Of a stretch of 17,079 nucleotides of DNA, positions 1-8,325 are shown in pieces. Location of the stretch: the NCBI RefSeq assembly GCF_006345805.1, contig NW_021824943.1, forward strand, positions 1-17,079, written 5' to 3'. The notes beneath the pieces were generated by a model. It saw only the letters and a program-made list of their open reading frames with translations, was not told the DNA's origin and made no database searches. A program made the translations under genes and the position numbers. The stretch's first letter is position 1; the number at the start of each line of letters is the position of its first letter. The stretch is from Octopus sinensis. Lineage: Eukaryota.

Positions 1-246
1 GGGAGAGAAAAAAAGGAAAGAAAGAACGAAAGTGTAAGGAAAGTGAAAATCCTGAATACAAGAAAATATCTGCCAGTGGTTGTTTTTGTACAAAATTCGT
101 TCACTAAAAGTGGTCTTGTATGAATTCGAACCATCGATGTTTTGGATTGAACATCTCTTACAGTAACTATAATGGAAGTCAAAAATTGTACAAAATAGAA
201 AAAAAATGAACTAACCCAAACAATGAATTATTCTAAGCATGTTCTA

Positions 247-250
<4 letters not shown>

Positions 251-278
<28 letters not shown>
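251..278. repeat. poly(A) tract
   Basis: 28 consecutive A. Confidence 0.95.
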
Positions 279-301
279 GAATATTGCTGTGGACGCATTT
301 T

Positions 302-380
302 TTGCTTGACCAACGGTGTTGGTATATTTACGTCCCCTTAACTTAGGGCTTGGTAGAAGAGACTGATAGAATAAGTACCA
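302..380 (+). mobile_element. Family A SINE, degraded internal fragment
   Basis: ttgcttgaccaacggtgttggtatatttacgtcccc...gatagaataagtac matches the central part of the full copies at 14725 and 16198. Confidence 0.8.
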
Positions 381-405
381 TTTCATGAATTACGGAATAA
401 AATAC

Positions 406-437
406 GTTTGTTGTTGTTGTCGTTGTTGTTGTTGTTT
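406..437. repeat. (GTT)n microsatellite
   Basis: Visible trinucleotide run with one interruption. Confidence 0.9.
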
Positions 438-521
438 AATCTCCAAGACTGCCTTACTTGAGAAAGTCACTGATGAAAGTCATTCCAGCTGTGATCATTT
501 TGACTATACATACCTAAGACT

Positions 522-913
522 GTGGAGGTGCAATGGCCCAGTGGTTAGGGCAGCGGACTCGCGGTCGTAGGATCGCGGTTTCGATTCCCAGACCGGGCGT
601 TGTGAGTGTTTATTGAGCGAAAACACCTAAAGCTCCACGAGGCTCCGGCAGGGATGGTGGTGATCCCTGCTGTACTCTTTCACCACAACTTTCTCTCACT
701 CTCACTCTTACTTCCTGTTTCTGTTGTACCTGTATTTCAAGGGGCCGGCCTTGTCACTCTCTGTGTCACGCTAAATATACCCGAGAACTACGTTAAGGGT
801 ACACGTGTCTGTGGAGTGCTCAGTCACTTACACGTTAATTTCACGAGCAGGCTGTTCCGTTGATCGGATCAACCGGAACCCTCGTCGTCGTAACCGATGG
901 AGTGCTTCCGTCC
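522..913 (+). mobile_element. Full-length tRNA-derived SINE, family C1 (tRNA-Arg-like head; possibly an octopus OR-type SINE)
   Basis: Pol III A-box tggcccagtgg (534-544) and B-box ggtttcgattcc (577-588); perfect 10-bp TSD acctaagact at 512-521 and 914-923; 3' part from ~729 shared with the copies at 8755 and 16810. The family name is from memory and unverified. Confidence 0.9.
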
Positions 914-944
914 ACCTAAGACTACTTTCTCCAGTTTATCTTAC

Positions 945-1137
945 CTTTTCCCTCGTTTTTAAGAAAATGGAATACAATTTGCAAGAATTCGACAGCTATT
1001 TCTAGCGGATCGAACGACCGCATGAAGACTACCTCATTAGTTTGATTGTTGTTATATAATGTAAATAAAGACCGAGTGAAGCAGCTACTATCTCTCGTTC
1101 ACGAATATTCTCTTCATAATCCGCCAGAAAAGCAAAT
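945..1137 (-). CDS. Candidate internal exon of an unidentified minus-strand gene (apparent frameshift)
   Basis: On the minus strand: acceptor ttttctaacag| before 1137 and donor AAG|gtaaga after 945. The 5' part reads FAFLADYEENIRER and, in another frame, the 3' part reads DSSCFTRSLFTLYNNNQTNEVVFMRSFDPLEIAVEFLQIVFHFLKNEGK. Protein not recognised. Confidence 0.3.
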
Positions 1138-1490
1138 CTGTTAGAAAAGCTTGATAGATTTGCACAATCTAATATACATACATACATAATATCATATACA
1201 GTATATTATATACGTAGCTATACACATACAGACACACACGTGTACGCATGTATTTATATGTATGTACTTATGTATGAATGATGCATGATATAGTCTGTTA
1301 GTGATAATACATCGTAATTTCCTTAAGTTTTACGCTCAGTTTAAACTAAGCAAACATCAGACATCAAACTGAAAAATATCCGCGACCCATGTGATTTGTC
1401 ACGGATATTATAGAAATTGGTTGAGTTTGGCGCCTCTAATTTTCTTCGTGTAAACACCCATAAATGTATGCATGTATGTATGTATATGGA

Positions 1491-1562
<72 letters not shown>
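1491..1562. repeat. (TCTA)n microsatellite
   Basis: About 18 perfect units within a wider (TGTA)-rich tract. Confidence 0.95.
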
Positions 1563-1800
1563 ATATGGATGGATATGTAAGTAAGTATGTATGAATGTAT
1601 GCATAAATGTGTATAGGTGTGTGTATTTTGTTAAACTAATGCGCCTAAACAAATGCGTTTTGTTTCGTTCGAAACATGATCTCAAACGAAATGAAACGCC
1701 TTTTGTTGGATTCACTCTTTTAATAAAAAACGTTTACCCTTTGTGTAAATACTTTGAGCATTATATCATAACCGATCTTACCATGTTACCCTGAATTTTT

Positions 1801-1927
1801 GTGATCTATCACTCTGTCTATTTGTCTGTCTGCCTGCCTGTCGGTCTATCAGTTTGTCTAGATGTCGTCTGCCTAATGTCTGTCTTTCTGTTTGTCTGGA
1901 TAACTATCTATTCATCTGTCTGTCTGT

Positions 1928-1974
<47 letters not shown>

Positions 1975-2009
1975 CCAACTCTCTATTTATCTATCTATCT
2001 ATCTATCCC

Positions 2010-2062
<53 letters not shown>

Positions 2063-2090
2063 ACTATCTATCTATCTATCTATCTATCCC

Positions 2091-2147
<57 letters not shown>

Positions 2148-2200
2148 CCGTCTTTCTATTTATCTATCATCTGTCTTTCTGTCATGTCGTCTGTCTGCCT
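1801..2200. repeat. Compound (CTGT)n/(CTAT)n microsatellite
   Basis: Degenerate CTGT flanks around long TCTA runs (1931-2146); source of the YLSI/SIYL ORFs. Confidence 0.95.
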
Positions 2201-2354
2201 GTATTTATGTAGAGAAGAAGGGAAGACCCATTTGTGAATATATAATAATGTACATGCGCACACATGCAAACACACCTACACACACAAATATACTCTGAAT
2301 GTTGTAAATTAATTGTATACTCGTTTGAATCAGCCTAAATACTTCTTTTGCTAT

Positions 2355-2460
2355 CAATTATTTTACATGCATTACTGCCAATTATTTCGTACGCATTAAT
2401 GTCAATTATTTTATACGCTATGCCGTTAATCATTTTATACGCATTGCTGTTAATTATTTC
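2355..2460. repeat. 24-bp minisatellite, ~4.4 copies
   Basis: Units start at 2355, 2379, 2403, 2427, 2451; consensus (c/t)aattattttatacgcatt(a/g)ctg(c/t). Confidence 0.85.
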
Positions 2461-2760
2461 ATCGTTCAAGAGAAATGAAAGAACAAAATCAACTTTGAAG
2501 TAAACTAGATTTGAACTTAAATTTGTAGATGGACGAGATATTGTAAAAGAACACTTTTATCTCTGCTTTCATTGCTGCTTTTACACATTGGAACACTGGA
2601 GTACTTTAAGATCGATTCTTATGGGGCGTCCTAGATGTAAATGGAATTATAATAGATTATATCGAATCCAGCAGTCGACTGGTCTTTTAATTAGCCTCAA
2701 CAAAATATTTACTTCTGACAGAACCATGAGGGAGAGGGGCATATAATCTTTTCGTTGTTA

Positions 2761-2887
2761 CTTTAGCGTATGGTCTATAGCCGTATTCGTAGTCTACGCC
2801 CTGAAATGACCTGATCTGGGTTAGGATTAGGGTTTAGGGTTGCGATTAAAATTAGGTTACGGTTTAGAGCTAGACTGTACGCTAAAG
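2761..2887. mobile_element. Miniature inverted-repeat element enclosing degenerate telomere-like (TTAGGG) repeats
   Basis: ctttagcgtatggtcta (2761-2777) is the reverse complement of tagactgtacgctaaag (2871-2887) at 15/17; interior gggttaggattagggtttagggtt...attaggttacggtttag. Confidence 0.55.
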
Positions 2888-2934
2888 TGTAAATAGCTAA
2901 GTAGCACTATTGTTTTTTTTTTTCTTTGGACTCG

Positions 2935-3147
2935 AATATTCTTTCTAATCTTGGCACAAGGCCAGCAATCTTAAGAAGAGTGATTTAAGTCGATTACATC
3001 GACGCCAGTTCACAACTGGTACTTCTTTCATAGACCCTGAAAGGATGAAAGGCAAAATTGATGTCGGCCGAATTTGAACTCAGAGTGTAAAGAGCTGGAC
3101 GAAATGCCGCTAAGCATTTCATACAATGTATACCAGTTTGTTGCCTT
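2935..3147 (-). mobile_element. Family B SINE, older copy with an alternative 3' tail
   Basis: Minus strand has gaaatgcttagcggcatttcgtcc, gagttcaaattcggccga, gcctttcatcctttcagggtcta, gtcgatgtaatcgac; the tail ends gctggccttgtgccaag rather than the tgtttagcccc tail. Confidence 0.8.
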
Positions 3148-3319
3148 CGTCTGACTCAAATATATGACAAGTACTGATTTTATCGTCCACGGAGGAACGT
3201 GATGCAAACGTTAACGCTAGCGGAATTTTATTAGAAAACATACGTCTTTGAACTTCAACACAAGCCGGATGAAATTTCACTTCACCACCATTTCACTTGA
3301 ACACCAGCAATAACATGGA

Positions 3320-3415
3320 TTTCTAACACTGGCATAAAGTTATAACCATTAAGAAAGAGCAGAGTTGATTAAATCGACACCGGCACTGACTAGTACCCAA
3401 TTTTAATCGAACCCT
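3320..3415 (-). mobile_element. Highly degraded family B SINE 3' relic
   Basis: tttctaacactggcataaag ... gttgattaaatcgacaccggcactgactagtac parallels 2943-3030. Confidence 0.4.
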
Positions 3416-3431
3416 TTAGTCGGCTCAGAAC

Positions 3432-3500
3432 GGTGGGACTGAACCAGGAGTCGTGTATTTGGGAAGCTAACTTCTTACCACATACCCACGCCTACGCCTA
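3432..3500 (-). mobile_element. Family A SINE head fragment
   Basis: Minus strand: taggcgtaggcgtgggtatgtggtaagaagttagcttccc...ctggttcagtcccacc. Confidence 0.75.
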
Positions 3501-3600
3501 TATTATTATTTACTAATAAATCTTTTATGGAACGGTGAAACTCGAAGCCAATAAGGGTATAAACAGAAGCGTGTAAATATCGGGTTATGGAAAACATTGA

Positions 3601-3660
3601 AGGCTGCCCGTGGAACTCGAACCCACATCCTCTGTAAGAATGATAGACTTTCTACCCATT
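3601..3660 (-). other. tRNA-like relic (T-arm/B-box), probably an old SINE head or tRNA pseudogene
   Basis: Minus strand gtggg-ttcgagt-tccac forms a T-stem/loop with a B-box; no complete cloverleaf. Confidence 0.35.
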
Positions 3661-4044
3661 ATTCTTTTTATTCTTTTATCTGTTTCAGGTATTTGACTGC
3701 GGCCATGCTGGAGCGCCGCCTTTAGTCGAACAAATCGACCACAGGACTTATTCTTTGAAAGCCTAGTACTTATTCTGTCGGTCTCTTTTGTCAAACCGCT
3801 ACGTTACGGGGACGTAAACGCCCCAACATCGATTGTCAAGCGATGGTGTGGGGGGGGGGACAAACACAGATACACAAACATATACATATATACGACAAGC
3901 TTTCAGTTTCCGTGTACCAAATCCAATCAGAAAGCTTTGGTCGGGTTGAGGCTATAGTAGAAGACATTTGCTCAAGGTGCCACGCAATGGGACTGAACCC
4001 GGAACCATGTGGCTAGTAAGCAAGTTACTTACCACACAGCCACT
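3661..4044 (-). mobile_element. Family A SINE, near full length
   Basis: Colinear reverse-complement match to 14725-15122 from head (gtggctgtgtggtaagtaacttgc) to tail. Confidence 0.92.
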
Positions 4045-4170
4045 GAAACAAATAAAAGAATAGAAGAATACGTATACACACACACACACATACATGTATG
4101 TGCGTATATATTTGTGTGAATGTATTCTCTCTTGATACACTAATATAATACAATCTGAATTTGATTTGAG

Positions 4171-4801
4171 GGATCTCTTCGGTTTGAACGGCAGTTTTTT
4201 AAAATAATTTCCACGTAACTAAACACTTTTAAACTTCGTATACTGGTAGAATGTGTTTATAAAACATCTTTTTCTCTTGGTTTTATTGAGAAAATTCTAT
4301 AGTTTATAAGATATTTGTTGTTGTTTTTTCTTCAATTTCTGCAATTTCAACCAATCAATGACGTCTATTGAGGTGAAAACATTCTGTGCCGTATGAATAT
4401 GTCACTCGTTTAAGAAACAGATTGGGTTTATTTACATTTCTGAAGAAAAGAAAAAGATACCCTTCCCCCCACCTCTAACCCTAAATGTAACTAACTCTAT
4501 CTAACCCTAACCCTAAAACAGATTGAAATGCAATAGATCGATACTAGGGTCATAATTATGGGTGACAATTTCATATGATACCGCTAGAAAAATTTGCCGG
4601 TCAAACCGAAAAGATCCCGAACCAGTATTGTAGTCAATTCTTCTCAGGACATTACTCTGCGGGGCCTGAATTTAGACCATAACGCCAGTTTATTTATTTA
4701 TCAAATTTGGTCACTGTCTCTTCCCGATATACGTACAAAAGCAACCAGCTCCCACTTGCGAAATACGCTAGAAAAAACTGCTGGTCAAACCGAAAAGATC
4801 C
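4171..4801. mobile_element. Non-autonomous TIR DNA element (MITE-like) with one left TIR and two right TIRs
   Basis: Left TIR ggatctcttcggtttgaacggcagtttttt (4171-4200); right TIR copies end at 4617/4618 and 4801; flanks gatttgag (4163-4170) and gatttgtg (4802-4809) match 7/8; (TAACCC)-like repeats at 4475-4516. Confidence 0.7.
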
Positions 4802-5036
4802 GATTTGTGTAGTCTCTTGTCGAAAATGTGACCATATAAATTTTGAATTTATTATTTGTGTTCTAATTTTGCTGAACGCAAGCATAAGGCTGAAATAAAA
4901 TTTTTAAAAACTGTACACGCAATAAAAATATTTGTCATCTGTTTAAAAATCCTGATTAGTTTTGATAGGTGCAGCTAGCATTTTTGTGTCTGTAATATAT
5001 TTCTTACTTATCTGATCCGTTCAACCAATCTTATAG

Positions 5037-5449
5037 TCTTTACTCTTTACTCTTTTACTTGTTTCAGTCATTTGACTGCGGCCATGCTGGAGCCCGCCTT
5101 TAGTCGAGCAACTCGACCCCGGACTTATTCTTTTTGTAGCCCAGTACTTATTCTATCGGTCTCTTTTGCCGAGCCGCTAAGTGACGGGGACATAAACACT
5201 CCAGCATCGGTTGTCAAGCAATGCTAGGGAACAAACACAGACACACCAAACACACACACATACATATATATATATACATATATACGACAGGCTTCTTTCA
5301 GTTTCCGTCTACCAAATCCACTCACAAGCCATTGGTCGGCCCGGGGCTATAGTAGAAGACACTTGCCCAAGATGCCACGCAGTGGGATTGAACCCGGAAC
5401 CATGTGGTTGGTTAGCAAGCTACTTACCACACAGCCACTCCTGCGCCTA
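5037..5449 (-). mobile_element. Family A SINE, full length, young
   Basis: Minus strand starts taggcgcaggagtggctgtgtggtaagtagc and ends in (aagagta)-type tail repeats; CORE-like cttgggcaagtgtcttc. Confidence 0.95.
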
Positions 5450-5700
5450 CGGAAAAAAAAAATAATGATTAAGCACATTTTATTTGCATGGCGAATTTAA
5501 TGAATAGAAAGAGAGAAATGGAATGCCATGCCTATTAATTAACATCCGACATAAATGAAATAAGTCTGTCCGTTTACCGCTGCTATTTCAATTTAATCAT
5601 TGTAATTTGCTTAATTTCAAGTGTATTGGATCTCGGAAGTATTCCGAATATTGAATCAACCTTATAGATTCAGTCGTTCGGAAAGGCTGTCGTAGTATAT

Positions 5701-5762
5701 AGAGCTGGCAGAATCGTTAGCACGTCGGACGAAATGCCGAGCGGTCTTTCGTCTGCCTCTAC
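5701..5762 (+). mobile_element. Family B SINE head, older subtype, truncated
   Basis: gagctggcagaatcgttagcacgtcggacgaaatgccgagcggtctttcgtctgc. Confidence 0.75.
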
Positions 5763-5845
5763 GGGGCTAAACACAGAGGGGACAAACAAGGACAGACATA
5801 GGTATTAAGTCAATTACATCGACCCAGTGCGTAACTGGTACTTAA
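5763..5845 (-). mobile_element. Family B SINE 3' half, inverted
   Basis: Reverse complement of 5974-6056 (taagtaccagttacgcactgg...tgtttagcccc). Confidence 0.9.
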
Positions 5846-6076
5846 GGCGGCGAGCTGGTAGAAACGTTAGCACGCCGGGCGAAATGCGTAGCCGTATTTC
5901 GTCTGCGGTTACGTTCTGAGTTCAAATTCCGCCGAGGTCGACTTTGCCTTTCATCCTTTCGGGGTCGATTAAATAAGTACCAGTTACGCACTGGGGTCGA
6001 TGTAATCGACTTAATACCTATGTCTGTCCGTGTTTGTCCCCTCTATGTTTAGCCCCTTGTGGGCAATAAAGAAATA
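5846..6076 (+). mobile_element. Family B SINE, full length (tRNA-derived head, Meta-domain-like core)
   Basis: ggcggcgagctggtagaaacgttagc head, B-box-like gagttcaaattcc, gcctttcatcctttcggggtcgat...aagtaccag core, tail aataaagaaata. The Meta-domain assignment is recalled similarity. Confidence 0.92.
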
Positions 6077-6077
6077 A

Positions 6078-6250
6078 GAATCGTTAGCACGCAGGCTTAG
6101 CCGGACGAAAAACTTTGTTCTGAGTACAAATTCCGCCGACTTTGCCTTCCATTCTTTCGAAGTTCATAAAATAAGTACCAGTTGAGCACTGAGGTTGATG
6201 TAATCGACTCACGCTCTCCCCTAAATTTCAAGCCTTGAACTTATTGTACG
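6078..6250 (+). mobile_element. Family B SINE, older copy lacking the first ~15 nt, alternative tail
   Basis: gaatcgttagcacg...ttctgagtacaaattccgccgac...gatgtaatcgactcacgctctcccctaaatttcaagccttg. Confidence 0.75.
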
Positions 6251-6526
6251 AATCTCTGTGTGTGTAATATGAGAGGTTTTGATAACCAGAAGACCCAAAA
6301 TGCAGGTAAGGTTATGTAAGTGCTACGGAAGGCCCGCTGTTAAACTCCCAGTTCGATAACAGTATGAGTGAGGAATCTAACGCGGGTCGTGTGTGAACGT
6401 ATATATGAGAGTTCTGGATCTCTGCGTTGTCTGTAATTATCTAAGAAGAATTAGTTTGTACCGTATTAAGAAAAATTAGCAGTTGCATATCATACTTCAA
6501 TTTCTTATGGACAGAGATTTCAATAG

Positions 6527-6528
<2 letters not shown>

Positions 6529-6581
<53 letters not shown>

Positions 6582-6602
6582 ACACACACACACACGCACA
6601 CA
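6529..6602. repeat. (TC)n(CA)n microsatellite
   Basis: Directly visible. Confidence 0.95.
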
Positions 6603-6604
6603 TA

Positions 6605-6921
6605 TAGGTGAAGGAGTGGCTGTGTGGTAAGTAGCTTGCTTACCAACCACATGGTTCCTGGTGCAATCCCACTGCGTGGCACCTTGGGCAAGTGACTTCT
6701 ATATAGCCTCGTGCCGACCAAAGCCTTGTGAGTGGATTTGGTGGCTGGAAACTGAAAGAAGCTCGTCATATGTATATATACAAACACATATATATGTGTG
6801 TGTGTGTTTGTCCTCTCACCATCGCTTGACAACCGATGTTGGTGTGTTTACGACCCCGTAACTTAGCGGTTCGGTAAAAGAGCCGATAGAATAAGTACCT
6901 ATGCTGGCAAAGAATAAGTCT
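6605..6921 (+). mobile_element. Family A SINE, 3' end truncated or decayed
   Basis: taggtgaaggagtggctgtgtggtaagtagc through aaagaataagtc. Confidence 0.9.
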
Positions 6922-6972
6922 GGTGTATTTTCCGTCACAAAAAAGTACCATAAAACTGTCAGCTGGAGGAGG

Positions 6973-7075
6973 GAGAGATTGTTGGAGGTTGGCGAGAGAG
7001 GTTTTCGGAAGTTGGCGAGAAAGATTGTCAGAAGTTGGTGAGAGATTGTCGGAAGTTGTCGGAGGTTAGCGAGAG
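6973..7075. repeat. G-rich 21-23 bp minisatellite, ~4.5 copies
   Basis: Units such as gagagattgttggaggttggc / gagaaagattgtcagaagttggt / gagagattgtcggaagtt. Confidence 0.8.
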
Positions 7076-7503
7076 GCAAAGACATAATTCTGCTTAGCAA
7101 AGGCATCTGGGAAATGTACAACTGCTGTCATTCACAGAAAAACTATTGTTTTACCGTGAGAAAAGCGCTGTTGAAGTGTTAAGTGAAATTTGGCAATCGA
7201 GGATCGAATCCACGCTAAGCCTGCATGAAGCCACTACAAATACGATGTGGAATAAAAAAAATGATCTGCTATCATGGAAAAAGTGTAACTGTAAAAATGC
7301 ACAATTATCGGAGTAATGGGCATTCAAAAAAGTATGTACGTATAGAAATGTATGAATGAAGTCTTTAATGTTTAAGATTCAAATTAAGGAAGTGCAATAA
7401 TAATGTTTAGCAGTTCAAAACTGTGTGTAGTGAAATGCAGAATTAGGTCCGTTGATCGTGAGAATCAAATATTGATCGCTTCCCTAAAATCTGCAGGTGG
7501 TAT

Positions 7504-8012
7504 GGGTTATTTTCCTTGGGTTGTTTAAATAAAACATTAGTAATATGTTGTAGATAGAAGGAGCCATTGGAAGGCACCTATTATTAATTTTTTTAAACAA
7601 TCTAAGTATGCCACGAGTTTTCCAGACATGTGTTGTACTCACGTGTCAACTAAAGTATAAAAATGATATTGTCTGCAAAAATTAGAAATAGGACACACAA
7701 GAAAATCAATATTCAAAGTAATCGAACATAAACAATGAAATGGGATATTTCCCTTGAGTGTTTAAAAAAACTATTGTATAGGTGTTGTGGGTTATTTCTC
7801 TTGGGTGTTTCAAAAAATTAGTTATATGAGATAGATATAAAGGTCCCTTTCAGGGGCAGTATTATCGTTTTTTTTTTCAACAATCTAAGTATGTCACGAG
7901 GTTTCCAGACATGATTTCTACTCACGTGTCAAGTTTCATCAACATCAATAAAACGATGTAGGAGTTAACTAATAACGCCACAAACACACCGATTTTCCAC
8001 ATATGTAGTAGA
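7504..8012 (-). mobile_element. Putative non-autonomous Helitron-like element, 5' portion with internal ~145-bp direct repeat
   Basis: Minus strand reads A^TCTACTACATATGTGGAAAATCGGTGTGTTTGT...AACTCC...GATGTTGATGAAACTTGAC, the layout of invertebrate Helitron/DINE-type 5' ends, abutting a (TA)n tract; 7504-7649 is repeated at 7789-7932. 3' hairpin/CTRR end not found. Confidence 0.45.
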
Positions 8013-8325
8013 TATATATATATATGTATATGGTGTATATGAATAATATATTATATATATTATATAATAATTATGTGTGTATATGTGTGTATATGCATAT
8101 ATAATATATATATATATATATATACATATATATATGTATATATATATGTATATTATATGTGTGTATGTTTTATATATATATGTATATATATAATGATAGT
8201 ATATATATATAGTGTGTGTGTGTGTGTGTTGTGTGTGTGTATGTGTGTATATGTATACATATGTGTATATATATATATCTATATATATATATTATATATA
8301 TATATATATATAATATATATATATA
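8013..8325. repeat. Compound (TA)n/(TG)n low-complexity tract
   Basis: Directly visible. Confidence 0.95.

Noticed and set aside
105-150. Minus-strand B-box-like ggttcgaattc
   Set aside because: Too short and degenerate to call; probably an old SINE head relic.
524-600. Apparent tRNA-Arg gene
   Set aside because: Has A/B boxes but no closed acceptor stem; continues into a SINE body bounded by a TSD.
1801-2298. 165-aa and similar long ORFs (also 10528-11484, 12356-13120, 8073-8348)
   Set aside because: Stop-free translations of TCTA, ACAT, TG and TA microsatellites; no coding complexity.
2355-2460. Regularly spaced 21-24 bp repeats (also 6973-7075) as CRISPR-like arrays
   Set aside because: Units are contiguous with no unique spacers, in a eukaryotic context; ordinary minisatellites.
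2490-2700. Faint family B-like motifs (tttgaactt, gattatatcgaatccag)
   Set aside because: Too decayed for reliable boundaries.
4475-4516. True telomere or chromosome-fusion scar
   Set aside because: Only a few degenerate units, embedded within a TIR element.
5642-5683. Imperfect hairpin ttccgaatattgaatc/gattcagtcgttcggaa
   Set aside because: Only ~13 paired bases with a bulge in AT-rich DNA; compatible with chance and too short for a pre-miRNA.
6091-6101. 11-bp inverted match gcaggcttagc to 7214-7224
   Set aside because: An 11-mer match is expected by chance in 17 kb.
6285-6445. Possible exons: plus-strand ccag|aagacccaaaATGcag|gtaagg, and minus-strand open frames of 30-38 codons
   Set aside because: Conflicting strands, in-frame stops, no recognisable protein.
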